From contig JBFWNU010000012.1 of assembly GCA_050250895.1 (NCBI GenBank), positions 32,001-96,000 on the forward strand: 64,000 nt of DNA. Reading direction: 5' to 3'. Both the position numbers and the translations under genes were made by a program. This document shows positions 48,769 to 57,797 of this stretch, piece by piece; positions within the stretch are counted from its first letter, which is position 1, and each line of letters opens with the position of its first letter. Below the pieces are notes generated by a model. It worked only from the letters and a program-made list of their open reading frames with translations, ran no database searches and was not told the origin of the DNA. The stretch comes from Vulcanimicrobiota bacterium. GTDB taxonomy: Bacteria > Vulcanimicrobiota > Xenobia > Xenobiales > JADMJV01.

Positions 48769-49253
48769 TGCGCATTCACGTAACCGGCAACGCTGGCTCA
48801 GGCAAGACTACTCTGGCCGCAGAACTGGGTCGCCAACTCGACCTGCCAGTCCACGGACTCGACCACCTCGTCTGGCAACCTGGCTGGGAGCCTACTCCTT
48901 TGTGCCAACGGGCCGAGCGCGAGCACGAACTGGCCGCCGGTGAGGCCTGGATCATCGAGGGTGTTTCGCCCCGCATCCGGGCAAGTGCCGATCTGGTAGT
49001 CTTTCTCGACCTTCCGCGCTGGCTCTGCCTGGCTCGCTGTCTGCGCCGCACCCTGCTCCACCCCGCCGGGCGGCCGGAGCTTCCCCGGGACTGCCCCGAG
49101 TGGCGCATCCTGCCGCATTTACTGAGCTTGATCTGGCATTTTCCCGCCCGGGCCCGCCCGGCCATCCTGAGCCACCCCGGCCTCGTCCACCTGACCTCGA
49201 CCGCTCAAATTCGCACCTTCGCCCGAGCCCTGACCTTTCGGCCGACGAAGTGA
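48768..49253 (+). CDS. FlaR/adenylate-kinase-like P-loop protein
   Basis: GNAGSGKTT, LD..W.PGW, WIIEG, GRPEL..CPE. Confidence 0.8.
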   Translation: MRIHVTGNAGSGKTTLAAELGRQLDLPVHGLDHLVWQPGWEPTPLCQRAEREHELAAGEAWIIEGVSPRIRASADLVVFLDLPRWLCLARCLRRTLLHPAGRPELPRDCPEWRILPHLLSLIWHFPARARPAILSHPGLVHLTSTAQIRTFARALTFRPTK

Positions 49254-49443
49254 TTGAACCGACCCTGGTGCCTCGGCGTAGCTTCGGCACTTCGCCAGGG
49301 GGCGCTAGAGAAATAAACCGCGGAGATAAGGAGGGCGCGGAGAGGGTCGCGCGGGGCGTGGGGGATGCGTTCTTGCGATTTTTTTGGTTGAGGCTTGTGA
49401 GACTCGTGGGGGACCAGCGTGATTCGTCTCTGCGGGGCGGCAA

Positions 49444-50646
49444 TCAGCGATTGGCAGCCAGGATAGGGAAGAGGCTGGCCAGATAACCTGTGCCCTCGAG
49501 TAACTGGTCGAATTGATCTTTGGGCATCTCGGCGGCCAGCGAGTAGACCCAGCCGGCGTGGCGCCAGGCGGCGACCTGGATGGGCCCCGATTGGACCTTG
49601 TGAGTGTGCAACCGGGCGCCGTCTTGTTCGGAGAGCCCGCGGCCCAGGCCGTCGTCCGGGATTCCGTAGAACGAGACCAACACACCAGGATGGTCGGTCT
49701 GCTCATAGAGCACATGCAGGGCTTGATGATGGTCGGGAAAGGGGCAGATGCGGGCGTCGTAGAGCTTGAGATTGGGGGGCAGGCTGGCCAGATCGGGCTG
49801 GCTGCCGAAATTGCGTTGGCCCAGTTCCACCGGATCAAGTCCCGCGTTGACCACTCCGACCTTGCAGCAGCGGATATGGTCGGTCTCGACGGCGGCGGCC
49901 AGCTCGGCCGGGACGAAGCCTCTGGTGTTGATGGACAGGGCGGCCAGCAGGCAGGCCACCAGCGAAGCCGCTACCAGCCAGCCGCTGCTCCACATCCCTC
50001 GCGGCGAGGGGGTTGGGCGAAGTGCCTGGGGCTTTTCATCCGGAGGCAGCGATCCCGCCACCCGGTCCCGCACCAGCTCGGGGCAAACCTCTGCCTGGCC
50101 GGCCGTGGCTACGGCCGTCTTGAGACCGCGAGCGAATTCTATTCGGCGCTGGCTCTCGGGGTCGTCAGTTGAAAACTCGGCCTCTCCGTCGGCCACAGCC
50201 TCGGCCTCCTCAAAGCTGACCGGCCGCTGAGCTGCCTCGAGCGCTTGCAGTAACCGGGCTTTGACCTCGGGCGGCGCCACCTCTTGCTGGCCGGCGGCCG
50301 CTACCGCGGCCTTGAGTTGGCGCGCGAAATCCAGTTGGGAGCGGATGGGCTCCGCTTCAGCCCGGCTCTGGATGAAGGCTCGCTCATCTTCGAACAGGTC
50401 ACCGTCGACATACCCCTCCACCAGGTCCTGGTAATGGTCGTCGGCCAACCGGTTCTGGACTGCTTGACCCAACTCGGCGGGAGCGGATTCGCTCAGCGCC
50501 GTAGCGGTGACTGCTTTGAGTTGACGCTGAAAGTCCACCTGGCGTCGGGTCTCGTCGCACCCAGCCAGCAAAGCCTCGAATTGGCGCAGTTCATCGCCCT
50601 CGAGGTCGCCATCGACATACCTTTCGACCTGCTCGAATTCCGTCAC
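49444..50646 (-). CDS. Anti-sigma-factor-like membrane protein with three N-terminal ASD-like repeats
   Basis: YVDGDL..F.RQLK.A..AP repeated; TM WLVAASLV; start approximate. Confidence 0.68.
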   Translation of the reverse strand: MTEFEQVERYVDGDLEGDELRQFEALLAGCDETRRQVDFQRQLKAVTATALSESAPAELGQAVQNRLADDHYQDLVEGYVDGDLFEDERAFIQSRAEAEPIRSQLDFARQLKAAVAAAGQQEVAPPEVKARLLQALEAAQRPVSFEEAEAVADGEAEFSTDDPESQRRIEFARGLKTAVATAGQAEVCPELVRDRVAGSLPPDEKPQALRPTPSPRGMWSSGWLVAASLVACLLAALSINTRGFVPAELAAAVETDHIRCCKVGVVNAGLDPVELGQRNFGSQPDLASLPPNLKLYDARICPFPDHHQALHVLYEQTDHPGVLVSFYGIPDDGLGRGLSEQDGARLHTHKVQSGPIQVAAWRHAGWVYSLAAEMPKDQFDQLLEGTGYLASLFPILAANR

Positions 50647-50683
50647 GTCCCCATACCTATCAGCTTGCAACCCCGCCGCCCGC

Positions 50684-51208
50684 CTAGCGGTTCCCGCCTC
50701 GGCCCGGCAGTTCAGGCTTGATCAGCTCTGTTAGAGTCTCGACCGTCTGCAGCCCCTCCAAGCGCTTGCGCAGCGCGCCGCCCGGCGACACCACGAAGGT
50801 CGCCGGTATCGATGTGAGTTTGAACCTCTGGTAGAGGTCTTTGGTTCCCATCGCCACCTCGAAGGGCAAAATCCGCTTTTGGGTCACGGCTTTGACCGTC
50901 TCGGGCTTCTCGTCATACGCGATGGCGATGATGCGCAGCCCTTTGTTGCCATAGCGCTCATACAGTTCGTTGAGCAGGTCCAGGTGGGCCTCGTTCTCGG
51001 GATTCCAGGTCACCGACCAGAAGCTTAGCACGGTCACCTTCGAGCTGTCGGCCGGGTCGAAGACCACCGGCTTCCCCTCGGGGGAGGCAAGCTTGAAGCC
51101 TTCAATGGTGCCGAGTTTGCGGGCGGGGGTGGCGGTCGTTTCTGGTTCGGGACCGGGTGTGCAGCCGGTCAGCACCAGGGCGACCAGGAGTGCGATGGCT
51201 AGTCTCAT
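50684..51208 (-). CDS. TlpA/redoxin-fold lipoprotein lacking CxxC
   Basis: Lipobox LTGC; FWSVTWNPEN in place of FWAxWCxxC; IPATFVV. Confidence 0.75.
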   Translation of the reverse strand: MRLAIALLVALVLTGCTPGPEPETTATPARKLGTIEGFKLASPEGKPVVFDPADSSKVTVLSFWSVTWNPENEAHLDLLNELYERYGNKGLRIIAIAYDEKPETVKAVTQKRILPFEVAMGTKDLYQRFKLTSIPATFVVSPGGALRKRLEGLQTVETLTELIKPELPGRGGNR

Positions 51209-52800
51209 ACGTTCTTGGCTTCCAATCCCTCGATTTCGGTGGTGGGATCCACCATCACCGTTTTTTCGTTTTTGTACAGGACCCTGCCAGGGGCGGCACC
51301 AGGTGGCTTTTTGACGTGTTGAGCCTGGGTGATGTTGACCGGAACCTTGCTGTCGTTGGCGGCCCTGGAATAGCGCGCGGCTAGAATAGCGGCCGCCAGG
51401 ACGGTGGATTGCTCGGGGCGCCGCCCGGCCGTCTTGATGAGCACGTGCGAGCCGGGGATGTCGCGAGCGTGCAGCCACATGTCGTCGCGGCTGGCGACGC
51501 GCTGGACCAGGCGGTCATTCTGGACGGGGTTGCGTCCCACCAGAATCTCGAAGCCGGCGTGTCGGAAGGAGCGGGGCCCCGAACTGGGGGCGGCCGGTCG
51601 CGGGGCTTTGCGCCGCTGGGGCAGGGCGGCCCGGACCTCGTCGAGGTCGAGCCGGGACTCGGCCTGGACAACCGAGAGCAGCAGTTCGTCCAGAAAGGCG
51701 ACCTCTTCTTCGGCTTTTTCGATCTGTTCCACCAGAAACGTGACGGCTCGCTGCTTCTTCTTATAGCGACGATAGTATTTCTGGGCGTTGTCGGCCGGGG
51801 TCAGGCTGGGATCGAGGGAAATCGAGATAGGATTGCCTTCCCAGTCCTCGAGCTTGGCCACCTCGGCCCGGGCTGGAAGCTCGTGCTTGAAGGCCAACAA
51901 CAGGTCGCCCCGCAGGCGGTCTTGCTCAGCCGAATCGGTAGCCACCAGGTCTTGCTCGCGGCGTTCGAGCTTCAGACGCGCTTTGGCCAAGAGCTTCTTG
52001 ATTCGGCGCTCGAGCGCGGCCCGCTCATCTTCCAGGCCCGGCTCGCGGCAGGCCTCGTGATAGCGGGCTTCGACTGCCTGTTGCAAAGTGTCGAACGACC
52101 GGTCCCCAGGGCCGGCCAGAAAGGTGGGCTCTCCATCCTGATGGTCCAGGCCGGGTCGCCAAGGTCCGTGCTCGAAGGTTTGCCAAAAGCTCGTCCAGCG
52201 GCTCTGCAGCTCCTGGAGACCGTCGACATCTGCGGTCAGGCGGCGGGCGTAGAGCTTGGAAAGTCCAAAGCAGCAGGCCGTCAAGCCCCGGGCCAGGGGA
52301 ACAGTCAAGGCCGGCAACACTGCGAGCTGACTGGCCAGCGGCTTATCGGGCTGGGGAGGGGCCTGGTAGTCCTGGCGCGGGGTGGCCCGGGGGCTGCGAT
52401 GAAGCGCTCCCAACACCTGCTCTTCCTGGAGCAAGATCAGATTGTTGGAGCGACCCGTCATTTCGACCACCAGCGTGAAGCCGTTCTCGAATTCCAGGCG
52501 CGCCACCCGTTCCAGGGGAGAAGAAAAAAATCGCGATAAGAAGATGCCCTCGAGGTGCTTGCGTCCCAGCATGATGAAAGCCGACGGGACCTGAGCTCCC
52601 GGAAGAGCAGCCTCGACCAGGTGCAGCCGCGCCACTTCAGGATGCAAGCTGATGAACAGCTTGCGGGTCTCGCCGGGAAGGCGAAACGAGAGAACGAAGT
52701 CGTGGTCGGTGAGTTGCGAGAGCTTCTGGAGTCGCGTTTTCTCGATCAAAGGCGCGAGTTCTCGCACCACTAGAGAGAAGTTGACCGAGCACAGACTCAC
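51205..52800 (-). CDS. rqcH: Ribosome quality-control factor RqcH (NFACT/FbpA family)
   Basis: EMTGRSNNLIL, NAQKYY..YKK, VGRN..QND.L, WLHARDIPGSHV. Confidence 0.9.
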   Translation of the reverse strand: MSLCSVNFSLVVRELAPLIEKTRLQKLSQLTDHDFVLSFRLPGETRKLFISLHPEVARLHLVEAALPGAQVPSAFIMLGRKHLEGIFLSRFFSSPLERVARLEFENGFTLVVEMTGRSNNLILLQEEQVLGALHRSPRATPRQDYQAPPQPDKPLASQLAVLPALTVPLARGLTACCFGLSKLYARRLTADVDGLQELQSRWTSFWQTFEHGPWRPGLDHQDGEPTFLAGPGDRSFDTLQQAVEARYHEACREPGLEDERAALERRIKKLLAKARLKLERREQDLVATDSAEQDRLRGDLLLAFKHELPARAEVAKLEDWEGNPISISLDPSLTPADNAQKYYRRYKKKQRAVTFLVEQIEKAEEEVAFLDELLLSVVQAESRLDLDEVRAALPQRRKAPRPAAPSSGPRSFRHAGFEILVGRNPVQNDRLVQRVASRDDMWLHARDIPGSHVLIKTAGRRPEQSTVLAAAILAARYSRAANDSKVPVNITQAQHVKKPPGAAPGRVLYKNEKTVMVDPTTEIEGLEAKNV

Positions 52801-52858
52801 GCCCGGCTCTTCGCCCCCTGAAGGAAACGTCCTCGACCAACAAGAACGCGGCTTGGCG

Positions 52859-53464
52859 GTGAAAGGTCTGCTCCTGGTTGTATCGGGACCCTCCGGGGTT
52901 GGCAAAGGCACCCTGTTGGGGATGCTTCTCAAATCACGCCAGGACTGCGTCTTCTCGATCTCGGCCACCACGCGCACTCCCCGGCCCGGCGAGGTCGACG
53001 GCGAGCACTATTACTTTCTGACCAACGACATCTTCGAGCAGTGGGTCGAAGAAGATCGTTTTCTGGAGTGGAACAAAGTCTTTGACCGTTTCTACGGAAC
53101 TCCCCGGGCCCCGATCGAGGCCCACCGCGAGGCCGGTCGCCACGTCATCCTGGATGTCGATGTTCAGGGGGGGGTGCAGTTGCTCGAGAGCGCGCCCGAG
53201 GCCATCTCCATCTTTATCGCCCCGCCCGACCTCGACGCCCTGCGCGAGCGTCTGATGGGCCGGGGCACCGAAACCGCCGAGCAGATCCAGAGCCGACTGC
53301 TGACTGCTCGCAGCGAGTTGAAATATCTCAACCATTATCGCTACATTATCGTCAATGACGAACTTACGGTAGCCTGTCAAAAGATTGAGGCGATCATCAG
53401 CTCGGAAATGTGTCGCACCGACCGTCTCAAGGAACACAATGCGCTGCCGCGTTTCGACAAATAA
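52859..53464 (+). CDS. gmk: Guanylate kinase
   Basis: SGPSGVGKGT, SATTR.PRPGE.DG.HY.F, YGT, DVQG. Confidence 0.96.
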   Translation: MKGLLLVVSGPSGVGKGTLLGMLLKSRQDCVFSISATTRTPRPGEVDGEHYYFLTNDIFEQWVEEDRFLEWNKVFDRFYGTPRAPIEAHREAGRHVILDVDVQGGVQLLESAPEAISIFIAPPDLDALRERLMGRGTETAEQIQSRLLTARSELKYLNHYRYIIVNDELTVACQKIEAIISSEMCRTDRLKEHNALPRFDK

Positions 53465-53482
53465 GACCCCTGGGGGCGTGTT

Positions 53483-54595
53483 TTGAGCAATCAGAAACTG
53501 GTGATCTGGATTATCGCGGTGACGCTGGCCCTGGGAGTGGCTGTGGTGGCGGTGGTCATTCTCAATCAGGGTGAAGGTCCACCGGACTATCAGACTTCGC
53601 TGGGCGGTAAGGCCAGTGTCGAACCTGGAGAGTTCACCGAACCCAACGGCGTTTGCGTGGATTCGGCCGGTAATGTCTACGTGCTGGATACCGGCAACTC
53701 TCGCATCGAGCGATTCAAAGCCGACGGCGAGCTGATCAGCTTGTGGGGCGAGCCGGGCTCGGACGAGAACGAGTTCAACAACGCGCGCCGCATCGCCCGC
53801 GATTCAGAGAACAACATCTGGGTCGCCGACACTGATAACCACCGGGTGCAGTGGTTCAACTCGCAGGGCCAGTGGCTGGGCGAGTTCGGCTCGTTGGGAA
53901 TGGACGCCGGCCAGTTTTCTCACCCCATGGGGATGGCCTTCGACTCGCGCGGCAACCTTTATGTGGCCGACTCGGGTAACAGTCGAGTGCAAAAGATCGG
54001 CCCGGCCCAAAACGTGCTCCAGATTTTTCCTAACGAGCCCGCCGAGAGCAACGGCGTGGGCTTGTTCAACCGCCCTCAGGGCGTAGCAGTCGACCCCCTC
54101 GACAACATCTTCGTGGCCGATACCGGCAATCACCGCATCCAGCGTTTCACCGCCGAGGGGACTTTCTTGTCTTCCTTTGGCACCTTCGGCAAAGGCCCGG
54201 GTCAGTTCGACACCCCCGTCGATGTGCTGGTCGACAAAGACCAGAAGGTCTATGTGGTCGACGCTGGCAACAACCGCATCCAGAAATTCACCGCTCAAGG
54301 CCAGTATCTCTACGAATGGGGAACGACCGGCATGGCTGCCAAGATGTTCCGCAATCCCCAGCAGATCGCCGAGGCTCCCGACGGCACGCTCTACATCGCC
54401 GATGCCGGCAACCATCGCATCCAGAAATACACGCCGCGCTCACCCTATCTGCTCGACCCCGGCGCGCCGATCGTAGGCCCGACCCGCCCGGTCGCCCCCC
54501 GCCCCGGCCCCGACCTGCCGCCACCCACCGAGGCCGAGACCCCCCTGGCCCCGGTGGGCAACCCCAGTGGCGAGTCCACCCCGATGGAGTTTTAG
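53483..54595 (+). CDS. Membrane-anchored NHL-repeat beta-propeller
   Basis: Six F..P.G.A.D...YVAD.GN.RIQ repeats; N-terminal TM. Confidence 0.9.
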   Translation: MSNQKLVIWIIAVTLALGVAVVAVVILNQGEGPPDYQTSLGGKASVEPGEFTEPNGVCVDSAGNVYVLDTGNSRIERFKADGELISLWGEPGSDENEFNNARRIARDSENNIWVADTDNHRVQWFNSQGQWLGEFGSLGMDAGQFSHPMGMAFDSRGNLYVADSGNSRVQKIGPAQNVLQIFPNEPAESNGVGLFNRPQGVAVDPLDNIFVADTGNHRIQRFTAEGTFLSSFGTFGKGPGQFDTPVDVLVDKDQKVYVVDAGNNRIQKFTAQGQYLYEWGTTGMAAKMFRNPQQIAEAPDGTLYIADAGNHRIQKYTPRSPYLLDPGAPIVGPTRPVAPRPGPDLPPPTEAETPLAPVGNPSGESTPMEF

Positions 54596-54928
54596 GCCGG
54601 CTTCGCCGGCCGAGGGGAGCGACGGCGTTGCCGTCGAGAAAGGAGCGGCCCTTCGGGCCGAGAGGGGAGCCGGGCTGCGCCCGGGGATGGGAGCAGCGGC
54701 TGCGCCGCTGAGATGGGAGCGCTAACTTCGCTTGCGCTCGTTAGCGAGGCTTTTGGAGTACCCCGCCGCTTCGCGTCGTAATCCTGGGGCGGCAAGCCGC
54801 CGATGGGGGGCGCTTCGCCGAGGTCGAGGCGATGCTCGGCCTCGAGCGAGTCCTCCTGGCTAAGTCGTTGATTCTGGATTTGCTCCAGCAGACAAATTTC
54901 GCACACAGCGTGTGCGGAATGTAAGGCG

Positions 54929-55336
54929 CTACAGCGCTTCGGCGGGTGAGGTGCGACCTGGTCGAATATGATTGGTAAGTTCCCTCGCGACTCCAGCGTC
55001 CAGCCGTATTCGACTCTGAATAATGAGAAGATTGTCCTTCGTGAGCCTGTAGTCTGGTGTCGGATAGCCGAGGACCTTAGGTGCGTGCTCGCGAGCGGGA
55101 TTGAGTAGAAGCCAGACTCTCTCGGGCTCCCCGGCAGGCTGACGAATCCCAACACACACGTACCTTTCGCGCTGTGCGAAAAGAAGATGTTCTTCGCGTC
55201 TAGCGTAGCTGGCCTGAGCGTCCTGGAGAATACTCCATTCGCGCTTGTCGATCACGTCGCTGCGAACAGCCCAAGCCCATGACCCGAGCAGCGAGAAGGC
55301 CAGACCGAGAAGGGCCAAGCTCGTGAGCCTTCTCAA
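54929..55336 (-). CDS. Hypothetical exported protein
   Basis: TTGA overlap, SD GGAG, signal-peptide-like MRRLTSLALLG..AWA. Confidence 0.55.
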   Translation of the reverse strand: MRRLTSLALLGLAFSLLGSWAWAVRSDVIDKREWSILQDAQASYARREEHLLFAQRERYVCVGIRQPAGEPERVWLLLNPAREHAPKVLGYPTPDYRLTKDNLLIIQSRIRLDAGVARELTNHIRPGRTSPAEAL

Positions 55337-55536
55337 GTCTTCTCCAGCAGAATGATGTAGTGCCGGCTGACCCACCAGACGGGGGCACGGCCGGGGTCGA
55401 CGACCTGGCGAAAGCCGACCGTGGGTGGCGAAAGCACGAGAAACGAGACATGGTCGTCCTCGAACGTGACCGAGTGGAAGCACAACGCCACCACCCCCGC
55501 CAGCAATCCAGCCACCACCCCGGCCCAACGTTCCAT
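55333..55536 (-). CDS. Small membrane protein (probably leaderless)
   Basis: TTGCGA-N17-TAGCAT-N7-ATG; N-terminal TM. Confidence 0.55.
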   Translation of the reverse strand: MERWAGVVAGLLAGVVALCFHSVTFEDDHVSFLVLSPPTVGFRQVVDPGRAPVWWVSRHYIILLEKT

Positions 55537-55543
55537 AAAGCCC

Positions 55544-55572
55544 ATGCTAGTCCACTCGCCCCGTCCTCGCAA
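55544..55572 (-). promoter_or_regulatory. Sigma70-type promoter TTGCGA-N17-TAGCAT
   Basis: Canonical 17-nt spacing, 7 nt before ATG 55536. Confidence 0.55.
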
Positions 55573-55599
55573 GCCAGTCGGGCGGCGAATGGCCAAAGT

Positions 55600-55681
55600 T
55601 GTGCGCCGCACACGGACCGAACCTGACTGTGCGGCGCACATGTGCGCCGCACAGCGACCAGACCGGACTGTACGGCGCACA
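55600..55681. repeat. Two tandem 41-bp hairpin units (TGTGCGCCGCACA-N15-TGTRCGGCGCACA)
   Basis: Units 55600-55640 and 55641-55681, 13-bp arms. Confidence 0.85.
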
Positions 55682-55698
55682 ACCCGCCTCGAGGCCAG

Positions 55699-56075
55699 CC
55701 TTCACCCCGCGATTCTCGGGGTGAACCCCCGAAACCGACCTTCACCCCGCGATTTCTCGGGGTGAACCCCCGAAACCAGCCTTCACCCCGCGATTTCTCG
55801 GGGTGAACCCCCGAAACCAGCCTTCACCCCGCGATTTCTCGGGGTGAACCCCCGAAATCAGCCTTCACCCCGCGATTTCTCGGGGTGAACCCCCGAAACC
55901 GACCTTCACCCCGCGATTTCTCGGGGTGAACCCCCGAAACCGACCTTCACCCCCGATTTCTCGGGGTGAACCCCCGAAACCGACCTTCACCCCGCGATTT
56001 CTCGGGGTGAACCCTCGAGGCCAGCCTTCACCCCGCGATTCTCGGGGTGAACCCCCGAAACAACCTTCACCCCGC
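55699..56075. repeat. Tandem array of nine 39-41-bp palindromic units plus a partial unit (CCTTCACCCCGCGATTTCTCGGGGTGAACCCCCGAAACCRR)
   Basis: Unit starts 55699, 55739, 55780, 55821, 55862, 55903, 55944, 55984, 56025, 56064; TTCACCCCG/CGGGGTGAA stem. Confidence 0.95.
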
Positions 56076-56198
56076 CGCCGGCCCCCAGCCCACGCAGGAC
56101 CCCCTCCACCGCCCGCGAAGCACCGGCCAATCCATCGGACGTCACTCCCGACGCGGTTTTGCTGGGGTGACTTGTCCGCGCCGGAAGTGGTGATCGCG

Positions 56199-57797
56199 AT
56201 GGCTCGCTTGAAAATGATTCTCGTCTGCCTGGTGCTGTTGGTCGGGTGTAAGACCAACCCCGGGCAGAGTGGCTCGAAGGTGCCCCCGGTACCGGCCGAC
56301 AACGTGCTGGTGGTGGCCAAGCCCGACGACCCGGTGGGGCTTGACCCGGCCAATGTCACCGATGCCGAATCGTCGCAGGTTTGCCGCAGCTTGTATGACA
56401 CGCTGGTGCAGTATGCCCGCGACTCGATGGAGGTTGAGCCGGCCCTGGCCGAGTCGTGGGAGACGTCGGAAGATGGCCTGGTCTGGACCTTCAAGCTGCG
56501 CCAGGGAGTGAAGTTTCACGACGGCACGCCCTTTGACGCCGAGGCGGTCAAGGTCAACTTCGAGCGCCAGTTCAGGCCCGACCATCCGCTGCGATTTGCG
56601 GGCAACAAGTTTCTCTACTGGACGGACATCTGGGGCTCGCCCAGCAAACTGAGCCAGGTCGAAGTGGTCGACGAGCACACCGTCAAGCTGCATCTTACCC
56701 AACCGGTGGCCCCGTTCTTGCAAAATCTGGCCATGCCGTTCTTCGCCATCGTCTCGCCCACAGCTCTCCAAGAGCATAAGGAAGACTTCTTCAAACACCC
56801 GGTCGGCACGGGCGCCTTTAAGTTCGTCGAGTGGAAAGAGCGCGAGAAGATCGTGCTGGCGGCCAATGCCGACTATTGGGGGGGCAAGCCAGCCCTCGAC
56901 CAGGTGATTTTCAAGCCCGTCAAGGACAGCACTTCACGCCAGTTGCAGCTCGAGAAGGGCGCCGTGGGGCTGATTACCGGGCTTTTGCTCGAGAACGTCA
57001 AGCGTCTACAAGACAACCCGGCCGTCACCGTCGAGACCCAGGCCGGGATGAATATCGGCTTCGTGGCCATCAACAACCAGCACAAACCCTTTGACGACCC
57101 GCGGGTGCGCCAGGCACTGTATCACGCCATCGATCGCAAGACCATCGTGGATGAGCTTTATCAGGGGCTGGCCGAGGTGGCCGACTCGCCGCTGCCGCCG
57201 GCGGTGTGGGGTCGGGCCGAACTCGAAGACTACGACTATGATCCCGAGAAGGCCAAGAAGCTGCTGGCCGAAGCCGGCTATCCCGACGGTTTCAAGACCG
57301 AACTGTGGTATATGAGCGCTCCCCGGCCTTATTTTCCCGAGCCGAAGGTGACCGCCGAAGTGCTGGGCTCGATGCTCAAGAACGTCGGCATCGAAGCCGA
57401 ACTATCGGCGGTCGACTGGAGCGTCTACCTCGAAGAGATTGGCAAGGGCCATCATCAACTGGCGCTGGGTGGCTGGATCGGCGACCACGGCGACCCTGAC
57501 AATTATCTCTATATCTTGTTTGACTCGGACAACCTCGACACCGAGCGGGGTGGCACCAACGTCTGCCTTTACTCTAACCCGCAGGTCCATCAAGAGCTGA
57601 CCCAGGCCCAGCAAGAGCTCAACCGCACCGACCGCGAGAAGCTCTATGTCAAGGCCCAGCAGCAGATCCACGAGGATTGCCCCTGGGTGCCGCTGGTCTA
57701 CGCCTCGCAGACGGCGGCCCACCATCCCAAGCTCAAAGGCTTCACCCTTCATCCCACCGGCACGCTGTTGCTCGACAAGGTGCACTGGGAGAAGTGA
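56199..57797 (+). CDS. dppA: Peptide ABC transporter substrate-binding lipoprotein (DppA-like)
   Basis: Lipobox LVGC; LAESWE.S.DG..WTF.LR.GVKFHDG. Confidence 0.9.
   Translation: MARLKMILVCLVLLVGCKTNPGQSGSKVPPVPADNVLVVAKPDDPVGLDPANVTDAESSQVCRSLYDTLVQYARDSMEVEPALAESWETSEDGLVWTFKLRQGVKFHDGTPFDAEAVKVNFERQFRPDHPLRFAGNKFLYWTDIWGSPSKLSQVEVVDEHTVKLHLTQPVAPFLQNLAMPFFAIVSPTALQEHKEDFFKHPVGTGAFKFVEWKEREKIVLAANADYWGGKPALDQVIFKPVKDSTSRQLQLEKGAVGLITGLLLENVKRLQDNPAVTVETQAGMNIGFVAINNQHKPFDDPRVRQALYHAIDRKTIVDELYQGLAEVADSPLPPAVWGRAELEDYDYDPEKAKKLLAEAGYPDGFKTELWYMSAPRPYFPEPKVTAEVLGSMLKNVGIEAELSAVDWSVYLEEIGKGHHQLALGGWIGDHGDPDNYLYILFDSDNLDTERGGTNVCLYSNPQVHQELTQAQQELNRTDREKLYVKAQQQIHEDCPWVPLVYASQTAAHHPKLKGFTLHPTGTLLLDKVHWEK

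Noticed and set aside
49254-49443. Structured RNA between convergent genes
   Set aside because: Only weak imperfect hairpins and no recognisable family
55699-56075. CRISPR array
   Set aside because: Units abut with near-identical linkers; no unique spacers and no cas genes in the window
55865-56494. Repeat-containing ORFs across the 41-bp array, including the N-extension of the dppA ORF
   Set aside because: Read-through of non-coding repeats; the DppA lipoprotein signal begins at 56199
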